The notes under the pieces: model-generated
What the model was told of the DNA's origin: nothing
Databases searched by the model: none
Seen by the model: only the letters and a program-made list of their open reading frames with translations
Made by a program: the position numbers and the translations under genes
In this document: positions 1 to 8,790 of the stretch, in pieces
Position numbering within the stretch: position 1 is the first letter of the stretch
Layout: each line of letters opens with the position of its first letter
Origin: Flavobacteriaceae bacterium
GTDB taxonomy: Bacteria; Bacteroidota; Bacteroidia; Flavobacteriales; Flavobacteriaceae
Assembly (NCBI GenBank): GCA_947378465.1
Contig: CANCJZ010000001.1
Location: 1-43,953 of the forward strand
DNA length: 43,953 bases
Direction of reading: 5' to 3'

Positions 1-83
1 ATTTCACTTTATGCCAACTTAAGAGTCTCGATAGCACTGTCTATATTACCATCTTTTTTTAGTTCTGTTGCTTTTTTAAACAA

Positions 84-232
84 AAAAAACTCGGTTTGAT
101 TACGGTCTTTTCCTATAATGAATTTGCTCATAGTAGCTTGTTTTACAGCATAAATATAAGAAAAAACATTTTTTTTACAAGTAAAAACTCCTTTAAAAGT
201 ATACTTTATTAAAGGAGTTTTTAGACAGTTTG
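84..232 (-). mobile_element. Truncated left end of an IS1182-like insertion sequence
   Basis: Minus strand starts CAAACTGTCTAAAAACTCC directly after the attC-like ...CTAACGT. Perfect 15-bp subterminal inverted repeat (182-196/209-223). ATG at 131 encodes MSKFIIGKDRNQTEFF, resembling from memory the N-terminus of Bacteroidota IS1182 transposases. The frame then continues into unrelated sequence (LFKKATELKKDGNIDSAIETLKLA) and stops at 9-11. Confidence 0.6.
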
Positions 233-360
233 ACGTTAGGCGCTTTGCGAGGTTGCGGACTAAATATGCCTTTACTTTTAGGTTATTACTGAACTTTATT
301 GATATGCCAAAACTTTAAATTAATCACTTACCCCGCAATCTTGCAAAACGCTTGTTGGAG
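233..360 (-). other. attC-like recombination site (hairpin)
   Basis: Minus strand reads CTCCAAC (inverse core), AAGCG..., then ...CTAAC GT (core truncated by the IS). Arms 240-258 GCGCTTTGCGAGGTTGCGG and 333-351 CCGCAATCTTGCAAAACGC pair with 16/19 Watson-Crick plus 2 G-T on the + strand. Confidence 0.7.
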
Positions 361-439
361 GAAGCCATATCTTTTTCCACCACGATTTTCCGTTTTTTAT
401 TCGGATTATTTATTTTTGTTAAGTACCTATTTTACTGGT

Positions 440-628
440 GCACAAGTCTTATCTATTTTGGCGTAAGCCTTATCTACTTTTGCACAAGTCTTAACTGATT
501 TGGCAGTTGTCATATTTACTTTGGCATAAGGCTTATATAGTTTTGCGGTTGCTTGTTTTACTTTGGTACAAGCCACATCTATTTTGGAATAAGGCCTATG
601 CAGTTTTGAATAAGCCTTATTTAATATA
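440..628. repeat. Degenerate 21-bp tandem array A (9 units)
   Basis: Units start at 440, 461, 482 ... 608, e.g. gcacaagtcttatctattttg / gcgtaagccttatctactttt / gcataaggcttatatagtttt. Confidence 0.85.
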
Positions 629-634
629 ACTATT

Positions 635-1609
635 TTATTCTATTATTAATTTACTATTACTTGTACCATAGTCGTTTTTTATTGTTATTAGATAAGTTCC
701 AGTTTGATAATTTGAAATATCTAATTGTGTATTTATGTTATTAACTTCTATGGTTTTTAATATTCTTCCTTGCATATCAGATAATGTTATTTCATTTATA
801 TTTTTATTGTTACTTGTAATATTCACTATGGTATTTGCTGGATTAGGAAAAATTTTGAAGCTACTATTTTCATAGGTTAATGTAGATAAACCTTGACGAT
901 TGGCAATTGGAAATGTATTGCAATCAACAAGTACAAAATTTGGTAAATGATAGTTATTATAAAAAGTATAAGATTGTCCTTGTTTTGTATAACAATGAAT
1001 ACGAGAATACATACCGCCATTATTATCAATACTCATAGGTGTAAAACAATCATTAAAAATCATTCCAACCCCTTCAAGTGCAGAACCTCCTGAAAGAATA
1101 TCAGTTCCTGAAAATATCATTTTAGAATTTAATCCTGATATAAGCATTGAATTGATGGTGCTTGTTGAGCAATATTGATTTGTTAAACCATCATAATGTA
1201 AAAAATAATTATCCCCTAATTGCGTATTTAATAGTAATTGATTATCAAAATATACAATATCACTACTATTAACATCATATTTCATAAAAAATTTACCAGT
1301 ATTATCTTCTCTGAAGTATCCAACAAATTCTGTAAAATTTGAAGATTGTGGATAAATGACAGATGAATAGTCATATTCGTAACCTATATAATAATAAGTC
1401 CTAAACATTTTATAGTATATATAGCCACCAATATTTTCAAAACCATCAAAAAACAATGTTTCGTATCTGAAATTTTGAAAACCAGCATTAGTATCTCTGT
1501 TAATTATTTTCCATTCGGAAGTTGCATCAAGATAATTGGAATAATAAATTTGTGAATAGCCAAAATTACATACAAGTAATAAAACCATTAATTTTAATGT
1601 ATTTTTCAT
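635..1609 (-). CDS. Secreted protein with T9SS type A C-terminal sorting domain
   Basis: N-terminal signal peptide; C-terminus FKIFPNPANTIVNI...DMQGRILK...LDISNYQTGTYLITI...KLIIE is a typical type A CTD. Confidence 0.9.
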   Translation of the reverse strand: MKNTLKLMVLLLVCNFGYSQIYYSNYLDATSEWKIINRDTNAGFQNFRYETLFFDGFENIGGYIYYKMFRTYYYIGYEYDYSSVIYPQSSNFTEFVGYFREDNTGKFFMKYDVNSSDIVYFDNQLLLNTQLGDNYFLHYDGLTNQYCSTSTINSMLISGLNSKMIFSGTDILSGGSALEGVGMIFNDCFTPMSIDNNGGMYSRIHCYTKQGQSYTFYNNYHLPNFVLVDCNTFPIANRQGLSTLTYENSSFKIFPNPANTIVNITSNNKNINEITLSDMQGRILKTIEVNNINTQLDISNYQTGTYLITIKNDYGTSNSKLIIE

Positions 1610-1614
1610 GATGG

Positions 1615-1884
1615 TTAGTTTTTAATTAATTTTAAAGTTTTTTGTTTAGTATTACTATCTAATCTTGCAATATAATATCCATTTGATAATTGAGAAAGAT
1701 TTATTAAATTATTTTCCTTGGGAACAATAGATAATGTATAAACATTTTCACCTAAGATATTGTAAATCGAAATTTTCTCATAATCTTCTATTTCTTGTGT
1801 TAAGTCAATATTAAAAAAGCCATATTGGTTAATTTTTTTATTGAGTTTTGTTCGCGTATCGTGTAGCTCAATGGTTTCCTCCAA
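1615..1884 (-). pseudogene. Fragment: isolated T9SS type A CTD with no signal peptide or cargo domain
   Basis: GFFNIDL...ISIYNILGENVY...LSQLSNGYYIARL...KTLKLIKN. The nominal TTG start is the TT-G of the GTT crossover core, so this is probably an internally deleted gene. Confidence 0.65.
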
Positions 1885-1950
1885 CTAGTATATAGGCGAT
1901 ATAAAACTTCGCCAATCTACCCCAATTTGGGTGTATGTACGAAGTTTTGT
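1879..1950 (-). other. attI-like primary cassette insertion site
   Basis: Minus strand ...CCTATATACTA GTTGGAGG; upstream imperfect palindrome AAAACTTCG (1903-1911) / CGAAGTTTT (1940-1948) with inner CCCAA/TTGGG. Lies between the recombinase remnant and the first cassette. Confidence 0.5.
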
Positions 1951-1966
1951 TTCTCTTTGCTTTTTT

Positions 1967-2000
1967 CAAATATAAATAATATTTTTTACAAATCATCAAA
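1967..2000 (-). promoter_or_regulatory. Bacteroidota sigma-A type promoter facing the cassette (Pc-like)
   Basis: -7 TATATTTG (1974-1967); -33 TTTG (2000-1997); 22-bp spacer. Confidence 0.5.
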
Positions 2001-2118
2001 AGGGCTTTTTATTCATTGAATGCTTTTAGTGCTAACATGGGGTTAGATTTCAGTAGCCTTACTTTGTGTTTAAAAGTTCTGGAATGTATCTTAAATCGGT
2101 GCTAATTTCAAACAAATA
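1986..2118 (-). pseudogene. C-terminal remnant of an IntI/XerD-like tyrosine recombinase
   Basis: Manual translation: YLFEISTDLRYIPELL, frameshift near 2070, then SKATEI*PHVSTKSIQ*IKSPFDDL*. Matches box II ...DLRxIQELLGHxSxKTTEIYTHV...SPxD; the catalytic Tyr codon is now TAA (2043-2045). Confidence 0.85.
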
Positions 2119-2322
2119 GGAGAGGGTTGATAGCATTTATAATAGTTCCGTAGCATAGCTAATTTCTTGGGTGATAGTGCTGCTATTGGTCTTTTTTATC
2201 CCTTTCCCACAGTCCATCAATCCCCAAAAAAGGTTCAAGTTCCCCTTCCAGTTCCCCTTCCTTCCAATATACATTATTCAAGAACATCCACCACTTCGTT
2301 TCCGTCTCGTGCCCACCCAGTT

Positions 2323-2351
2323 TGTCACCTCGACCGAAGGGAGAGGTCACA
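2323..2351. repeat. REP-like imperfect palindrome
   Basis: tgtcacctcgaccgaagggagaggtcaca: GC-rich intergenic hairpin of a type I recall as dispersed in Flavobacteria. Confidence 0.55.
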
Positions 2352-2449
2352 TAAAGAAGCTCCCTCCCCAAAGCAAATATTACAGAGTAAACAACACAAA
2401 TCCACTGCTACGGTTCCGTCTAGTAGCTCTCCACCAACTAATTTTCTCG

Positions 2450-2701
2450 TTTCAAAACACTTTTGCACTCTTTCAAAATAGTTTTCTACTCTTTCAAAAC
2501 ACTTTTACACTCTTTCAAAATGTTTTTGTTCTCTTTCAAAACACTTTTGCACTCTTTCAAAATAGTTTTGCACTCTTTCAAATCATTTTTCTACTCTTTC
2601 AAAACAGTTTTGCACTCTTTCAAAATAGTTTTGTTCTCTTTCAAATCATTTTTCTACTCTTTCAAAATAGTTTTGCACTCTTTCGAAATACCATATTACA
2701 A
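2450..2701. repeat. 21-bp tandem array B (12 units)
   Basis: tttcaaa recurs at 2450, 2471 ... 2660, and tttcgaaa at 2681; consensus tttcaaaatagttttgcactc. Confidence 0.95.
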
Positions 2702-2823
2702 TTTGTAAATTATTTTGTCGTATAAGGAACCTCATTCGTTCTCTCATAAAACACATTTGTACAATAAGGAAGTCCAAACATACAGTAACCACAAAGTACA
2801 ATATACAACATACATTATACAAC

Positions 2824-2857
2824 AAAAAAAAGCCTTTCAAACAAATGAAAGGCTTTT
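2824..2857 (-). terminator. Intrinsic terminator of usp
   Basis: Stem aaaagcctttca / tgaaaggctttt with a T-run on the minus strand, about 20 bp past the stop codon. Confidence 0.85.
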
Positions 2858-2875
2858 CTATAAAGTTATTTAAAA

Positions 2876-3700
2876 TTATATTTTAAAAGTAACCACCGGT
2901 CTAGATGCGTGATTTACTAAATCCTCACTAATACTTCCATTAAAGAAGTGTGATAAACCTTTTCTTCCGTGAGTACTCATTCCAATTAAATCAGCATCAA
3001 TACTGTTAGAGAAATTCAAGATTCCTTTCTCAACATTTGTCTCATTATAAATATGAGTTTCGAATTTGTTAATCGTAAATCCTGCTGTAAACTTATTCAT
3101 GATCTCAGTTGATTCTGAAGTAGGTTTAAAGTTGTTAGGAGTATTAATCATTGCTAAATGAAGTGTAGCATCAAATTTATTAGCAAAATCCACCACTTTT
3201 TGGAACGGTTTTTTGATTTCATCTGCAAAGTCAGAAGCAAATACAAAGTTATCCACTTTGAAATCGTTCTCTTCTTTTTTGATAATCAATACAGGTACAT
3301 CAGAATTTCTAACTACTTTCTCTGCATTTGATCCAATAAACATTTCTTTGTAGCCACTTGCCCCGTGAGATCCCATTACAATCAAATCAACATTATTCGT
3401 TTGGCTAATTTTTAAAATTCCATCAAATGCTAATTCAAATTGAATAACTTCTGAAACTTTAAGGCCATCTAAATAATCCTCATCCATCAAATCTTCTAAT
3501 CTTCTAATGGCTGCGTTTTTGAAAAACATAATCTCTGGTATCTCGGTTCCTGATCCAACGGCATCACTCGCTTGATGAGGTAATTCTAACATGTGTAGTA
3601 AAATGATTTCTCCATCATTTTTTCTTGCAATTTGTGCGGCAACTCTCAAGGCATACTCTGCGTGCTTTGAAAAGTCGGTTGGGATTAAAATCTTTTTCAT
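2876..3700 (-). CDS. Universal stress protein (two USP domains)
   Basis: MKKILIPTDFS; DLIVMGSHG...GSNAEKVVR; second domain DLIGMSTHGRKG...GSISEDLV. Start moved to ATG 3700. Confidence 0.95.
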   Translation of the reverse strand: MKKILIPTDFSKHAEYALRVAAQIARKNDGEIILLHMLELPHQASDAVGSGTEIPEIMFFKNAAIRRLEDLMDEDYLDGLKVSEVIQFELAFDGILKISQTNNVDLIVMGSHGASGYKEMFIGSNAEKVVRNSDVPVLIIKKEENDFKVDNFVFASDFADEIKKPFQKVVDFANKFDATLHLAMINTPNNFKPTSESTEIMNKFTAGFTINKFETHIYNETNVEKGILNFSNSIDADLIGMSTHGRKGLSHFFNGSISEDLVNHASRPVVTFKI

Positions 3701-3821
3701 GGTAAGATATAAATTATTTGGTTTTGTAAGTTTTTTAATTTGTTGATAAAGGTACAAATATATTTTAATTTCAATAAATGATAATTGTCATATTAAAAAT
3801 ATTTAACTTTAATAATTCATA

Positions 3822-3851
3822 TTTGTTAAATTAAAAAAAATTGTATATTTG
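3822..3851 (+). promoter_or_regulatory. Promoter of rimP-nusA-infB
   Basis: TTTG (3822-3825), 18-bp spacer, TATATTTG (3844-3851). Confidence 0.7.
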
Positions 3852-3881
3852 CAGCATTATTTATTAGCATGACTAAATAAT

Positions 3882-3907
3882 GAGGGAAGCACTGCTTCCC
3901 TCTTTTT
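3882..3907 (+). promoter_or_regulatory. rimP leader hairpin / attenuator
   Basis: GAGGGAAGCA-C-TGCTTCCCTC followed by TTTTT, between the promoter and the rimP ATG; matches the known rimP-leader architecture. Confidence 0.7.
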
Positions 3908-3915
3908 ATAAAATT

Positions 3916-4383
3916 ATGACATTTAAAGAGAAAGTTTTAGCGGTTTTAAATTCTAAGTTAGTGGAACGAAGCGATTTGTTTTTAATCGACCTTAACATTA
4001 ATGACGCTAACAAAATCACCATCGCTATTGATGGAGATAGTGGAGTAGTTCTTCAGGATTGTATTGATATCAGCCGTGCAGTCGAAGACGGTTTAGACAG
4101 AGAAGAACAAGACTTCTCTCTTGAAGTAGCTTCTGTTGGTGTTGGATCCCCTCTTAAATTTGTCCGTCAATACAAAAAGAATATTGGCAGAACTTTAATT
4201 GTTAAAACTGCTGATGATAAAATAGAAGCCGAATTAGTAGACGCTAATGATGATTTTATTGTCTTGACTTGGTCAGCTAGAGAACCTAAAAAAATTGGTA
4301 AAGGAAAAGAAACAGTTCAAAAAGAACTTCAAATCCCTTACTCAGATATAAAAGAAGCAATTGTTACAATAAATTTTAATTAA
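3916..4383 (+). CDS. rimP: Ribosome maturation factor RimP
   Basis: DCIDISR...[14 protein letters not shown] motif; first gene before nusA. Start set at ATG 3916. Confidence 0.95.
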   Translation: MTFKEKVLAVLNSKLVERSDLFLIDLNINDANKITIAIDGDSGVVLQDCIDISRAVEDGLDREEQDFSLEVASVGVGSPLKFVRQYKKNIGRTLIVKTADDKIEAELVDANDDFIVLTWSAREPKKIGKGKETVQKELQIPYSDIKEAIVTINFN

Positions 4384-4391
4384 TAAGAATA

Positions 4392-5633
4392 ATGGAAAAT
4401 ATTGCATTAATCGAATCATTCTCAGAGTTTAAAGACGATAAACTTATTGATCGAGTAACGCTTATGGCGATTTTGGAAGATGTATTTAGAAATGCTTTAA
4501 AAAAGAAGTATGGCTCTGACGATAACTTTGACATCATTATCAATCCTGATAAAGGAGATATGGAAATCTGGAGACGCAGAATTGTAGTTGCTGATGATGA
4601 TTTAGACTTAGAGAACGAAGAGATTACTTTAACTGAAGCTAGAAAAATAGAGCCAGATTTCGAAATCGGAGAAGAAGTTTCTGAAGAAGTTAAACTTATT
4701 GATTTAGGTAGAAGAGCAATATTAGCGTTACGCCAAAACCTTATTTCTAAAATCCACGAACACGATAACACCAATCTTTACAAACAATTTAAAGATCTTA
4801 TCGGTGAAATTTATACGGCTGAAGTGCACCATGTTCGCCCAAGAGTTGTAATTTTGGTCGATGATGAAGGTAATGAAATTGTGCTTCCTAAAGAAAAACA
4901 AATCCCTTCCGACTTCTTTAGAAAAGGAGATAACGTGAAAGGTATTATTGAAAGCGTTGAATTAAAAGGTAATAAACCTCAAATTATTATGTCTAGAACA
5001 GCTCCTAGCTTTTTAGAAAAATTATTTGAACAAGAAATCCCTGAGGTATTCGACGGTTTGATTATGATTAAAAACGTAGTCAGAATCCCTGGTGAAAAAG
5101 CAAAAGTAGCCGTTGATTCTTATGATGATAGAATTGATCCTGTTGGAGCTTGTGTAGGTATGAAAGGTTCTCGTATTCACGGTATCGTTCGTGAATTAGG
5201 AAACGAAAATATTGATGTGATTAATTATACAACCAATATGCAGTTGTATATTACTAGAGCATTAAGCCCTGCTAAAGTTTCGTCAATCAAAATTGATGAA
5301 GAAAACAAAAGAGCAGAAGTGTTCTTAAAACTAGAAGAAGTTTCTAAAGCTATTGGTCGTGGAGGACACAATATCAAATTAGCAGGTCAATTAACAGGAT
5401 ATGAATTAGACGTAATTAGAGAAGGTGCTGCCGTTGAAGAAGATGACGTTGAATTAACGGAATTCTCTGATGAAATCGATGGATGGGTAATTGACGAATT
5501 TGCTAAAATTGGTTTAGATACCGCTAGAAGTATCTTAAAACAAGACGTGGCTGATTTAGTGAGAAGAACAGATTTAGAAGAAGAAACAATTTTAGAAGTA
5601 ATAAAAATTTTAAAAGAAGAATTTGAAGACTAA
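4392..5633 (+). CDS. nusA: Transcription termination/antitermination factor NusA
   Basis: S1 and KH domains; DPVGACVGMKGSRI; AIGRGGHNIKLA. Confidence 0.98.
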   Translation: MENIALIESFSEFKDDKLIDRVTLMAILEDVFRNALKKKYGSDDNFDIIINPDKGDMEIWRRRIVVADDDLDLENEEITLTEARKIEPDFEIGEEVSEEVKLIDLGRRAILALRQNLISKIHEHDNTNLYKQFKDLIGEIYTAEVHHVRPRVVILVDDEGNEIVLPKEKQIPSDFFRKGDNVKGIIESVELKGNKPQIIMSRTAPSFLEKLFEQEIPEVFDGLIMIKNVVRIPGEKAKVAVDSYDDRIDPVGACVGMKGSRIHGIVRELGNENIDVINYTTNMQLYITRALSPAKVSSIKIDEENKRAEVFLKLEEVSKAIGRGGHNIKLAGQLTGYELDVIREGAAVEEDDVELTEFSDEIDGWVIDEFAKIGLDTARSILKQDVADLVRRTDLEEETILEVIKILKEEFED

Positions 5634-5669
5634 TTCAAATTCTCAATAAAATAACATTAAAAAGATTTT

Positions 5670-8486
5670 ATGTCTGAAGGAAATATTAGAATAAACAAAG
5701 TTTTAAGGGAATTAAATATTTCTTTAGAAAGAGCTGTAGATTATCTTAAGGATAAGGGAATTGCTATTGAAGCAAGTCCAAATACAAAAATTTCTGACGA
5801 TGTATACAATACTCTTTGCGGTCAATTTGCTGGTGACAAAGGCAATAAGGAAGCGTCAAAAGGTGTTGGTGAAGAGATTAAAAAAGAGAAAGAAGCACTT
5901 CGTCTTGAAAGAGAAAGAGAAATTGAAGAGAAAAAAAGACTAGAAGAAGAGCGTCAACGTCAAGAAGTAATTAAAGCTAAAGCTGTTGTTACAGGGCCAA
6001 AACAAGTGGGTAAAATTGACTTGGAACCTAAAGCCGCTCCTGTTCATTCTGAAAAACCTAAAGAGGTAAAAGCTGTTGAAAAACCAACTGAAAAACCAGT
6101 TGAAAAAGTAGCTCCTAAAATGGAAGCTGCTCCTAAAGCAGTGGAGCCAACTCCTGTGGTAGAAAAAGCCGTAGAAAAACCAGCTGAAAAACAAGTGGAA
6201 AAAGCTCCTGTAGCTGAAACTCCTAAAACAGCTGAAGAGGTTGCCGCTGACGAAACACACACTACACAATATCAAAATCTTACTGGACCTACTTTAACAG
6301 GTTTGAAAATTGATTTATCACAATTCAACAAGCCTAAAAAGAAAAAAGAAGAACCAAAGATTACTCCTAACAAACCTGGAGATAACAAAATCGTTGATAA
6401 AAACAAACGAAAAAGAATCCCGCCTAAACCAGGTGAAAACAAACCAGGTACTCCTGGCGCGAATACGGGTACTGGTCCTAGAATTGCCGGAGGTGGTGGT
6501 AAGTTTACTCCTCGCCCTGGTGGTGGAGGTGGAGGTTTCCAAAAAGGAAACAGACCTGCTATTGTTCAAAAAGTAGAGCCTACAGAAGAAGAGGTTAAAA
6601 ACCAAATCAAAGAAACTCTTGAAAGATTACAAGGTAAAGGAAACAAATCCAAAGCTGCGAAATACAGAAGAGATAAAAGAGATACCCACCGTCAACGTTC
6701 CGACGATGAACAAAGAGCCATTGACGAAGGTAGCAAAACAATTAAAGTAACGGAATTCGTTACCGTTGGTGAAGTAGCTACCATGATGGATGTGCCAATT
6801 ACTAAAGTGATTGGAACTTGTATGTCTCTTGGAATTATGGTTACCATGAACCAACGTTTAGATGCGGAGACTTTGTCTATTGTAGCAGATGAATTTGGTT
6901 ATGAAGTAGAATTCATTACTACCGATATCGAAGAAGCGATTGAAGTGGTTGAAGATAAAGCGGAAGATTTAGTAACTCGTGCTCCTATTGTTACGGTTAT
7001 GGGTCACGTCGATCACGGTAAAACTTCCCTTTTGGATTATATCCGTAAAGAAAATGTTATTGCCGGTGAATCAGGAGGTATTACACAGCACATTGGTGCT
7101 TATGCAGTAACTTTAGATAATGGTCAAAAAATCACCTTCCTTGACACTCCTGGTCACGAAGCCTTTACCGCTATGCGTGCTCGTGGTGCTCAAGTAACCG
7201 ATATTGCTATTATCGTGGCAGCTGCCGATGATGATATCATGCCTCAAACTAAGGAAGCGATCAGCCATGCGCAAGCTGCTGGAGTTCCTATGATTTTTGC
7301 AATTAATAAAATTGATAAGCCTGCCGCTAATCCTGAAAAAATTAAAGAGCAATTAGCTGGTATGAACTTATTAGTAGAAGACTGGGGTGGTAAATACCAA
7401 TCGCACGATATTTCTGCTAAACAAGGAACTGGTGTTAAAGAACTTTTAGAAAAAGTATTATTAGAAGCAGAGCTTCTTGACTTAAAAGCAAATCCTAACA
7501 AACCAGCTGTTGGAACAGTTGTGGAAGCACAATTAGATAAAGGTAGAGGATATGTATCTACAATATTAGTTCAAGCAGGTACTTTAAAAGTAGGTGACTA
7601 TGTGTTAGCGGGTAAAAATCATGGTAAAATTAAAGCCATGTATGACGAAAGAGGACACAGTGTTAAAGAAGCAGGTCCATCAACTCCAATCTCAATTTTA
7701 GGTTTAGATGGTGCACCTACAGCGGGTGATAAGTTCAATGTATTTGAAGACGAAAGAGAAGCAAAACAAATTGCAGCGAAACGTACTCAATTAATGCGTG
7801 AGCAATCCGTTCGAACTCAAAAACACATTACGCTTGCCGAAATCGGTCGTCGTATTGCTTTAGGTCAATTTAAAGAATTGAACATTATCCTTAAAGGAGA
7901 TGTGGATGGTTCTGTAGAAGCTTTATCAGATTCGTTCTCTAAATTGTCTACAGAAGAAATTCAAATCAATATCATTCATAAAGGGGTTGGAGCAATCACG
8001 GAATCTGACGTTATGTTAGCTTCTGCATCCGATGCCATCATTATTGGATTCAACGTTCGTCCTGCAGGTAATGCAAAACAATTGGCCGATAAAGAAGAAA
8101 TTGACATTAGAAACTACTCCATCATCTATGATGCTATTGACGATTTAAAAGATGCAATGGAGGGAATGCTTTCTCCAGAAATGAAAGAAGAAATTACGGG
8201 TACTGCTGAGATTCGCGAAACATTCAAAATCTCTAAAATTGGTACCATTGCAGGATGTATGGTTACCGATGGTAAAATATTCCGTAACTCTAGAATCCGT
8301 TTAATCAGAGACGGTGTAGTGATCTTTACAGGTGAACTTACTGCTTTGAAACGTTTCAAAGACGATGTGAAAGAAGTTTCTAAAGGATATGATTGTGGTA
8401 TCCAAATCAAAAACTACAACGATATTCAACAATTGGATTTAATCGAAGCCTTCCAAGAGGTAGAAGTAAAGAAAAAGTTGAAATAA
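5670..8486 (+). CDS. infB: Translation initiation factor IF-2
   Basis: [26 protein letters not shown] and NKID GTPase motifs. Confidence 0.99.
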   Translation: MSEGNIRINKVLRELNISLERAVDYLKDKGIAIEASPNTKISDDVYNTLCGQFAGDKGNKEASKGVGEEIKKEKEALRLEREREIEEKKRLEEERQRQEVIKAKAVVTGPKQVGKIDLEPKAAPVHSEKPKEVKAVEKPTEKPVEKVAPKMEAAPKAVEPTPVVEKAVEKPAEKQVEKAPVAETPKTAEEVAADETHTTQYQNLTGPTLTGLKIDLSQFNKPKKKKEEPKITPNKPGDNKIVDKNKRKRIPPKPGENKPGTPGANTGTGPRIAGGGGKFTPRPGGGGGGFQKGNRPAIVQKVEPTEEEVKNQIKETLERLQGKGNKSKAAKYRRDKRDTHRQRSDDEQRAIDEGSKTIKVTEFVTVGEVATMMDVPITKVIGTCMSLGIMVTMNQRLDAETLSIVADEFGYEVEFITTDIEEAIEVVEDKAEDLVTRAPIVTVMGHVDHGKTSLLDYIRKENVIAGESGGITQHIGAYAVTLDNGQKITFLDTPGHEAFTAMRARGAQVTDIAIIVAAADDDIMPQTKEAISHAQAAGVPMIFAINKIDKPAANPEKIKEQLAGMNLLVEDWGGKYQSHDISAKQGTGVKELLEKVLLEAELLDLKANPNKPAVGTVVEAQLDKGRGYVSTILVQAGTLKVGDYVLAGKNHGKIKAMYDERGHSVKEAGPSTPISILGLDGAPTAGDKFNVFEDEREAKQIAAKRTQLMREQSVRTQKHITLAEIGRRIALGQFKELNIILKGDVDGSVEALSDSFSKLSTEEIQINIIHKGVGAITESDVMLASASDAIIIGFNVRPAGNAKQLADKEEIDIRNYSIIYDAIDDLKDAMEGMLSPEMKEEITGTAEIRETFKISKIGTIAGCMVTDGKIFRNSRIRLIRDGVVIFTGELTALKRFKDDVKEVSKGYDCGIQIKNYNDIQQLDLIEAFQEVEVKKKLK

Positions 8487-8494
8487 TCAATATT

Positions 8495-8523
8495 AAAAAA
8501 TCCCGAGTAATCGGGATTTTTTT
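8495..8523 (+). terminator. Intrinsic terminator after infB
   Basis: aaaaaatcccga-gtaa-tcgggattttttt. Confidence 0.9.
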
Positions 8524-8694
8524 ATTTAAAATAACCTCTATTCTCTTTGCATCTTAAAGCTAATTTGTAATTGTTAATTTTTGTTTTCGAATCAATAATT
8601 AATTAAATGGCTCATTTGATTTTGTTTTGTTTCAAAAGTAAATTAGTTGAAAGAAAAATAACTCTCCTTATAGTGCATCTACTACTATTTGTAA

Positions 8695-8790
8695 AGAAAA
8701 TAGTTCTAGTTATAAAGAAACTAGTTCTACTTATAGAGTAAGTAGTTCTAGTTATAAAGAAACTAGTTCTACTTATAGATAAACTAATTC
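8695..8790. repeat. 21-bp tandem array C (about 4.5 units, 42-bp higher-order repeat)
   Basis: tagttcta at 8701, 8722, 8743, 8764 and taattc at 8785; 37-bp exact repeat at 8701 and 8743. Confidence 0.9.

Noticed and set aside
440-628. Diversity-generating retroelement TR/VR pair
   Set aside because: Variation among units is not adenine-restricted, there is no separate template copy and no reverse transcriptase in the window.
2119-2160. In-frame SYATELL upstream of the integrase remnant as the RHSYATHLL motif
   Set aside because: Suggestive, but the spacing to DLRY is too long and includes a stop; excluded from the feature boundaries.
2167-2840. ORFs 2167-2481, 2171-2725, 2463-2708, 2183-2371 and 2646-2840
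   Set aside because: They arise from stop-poor repeat DNA, overlap each other and have low-complexity or implausible composition.
6040-6240. Repetitive EKP/AVEK DNA in infB
   Set aside because: Ordinary low-complexity IF-2 N-terminal linker.
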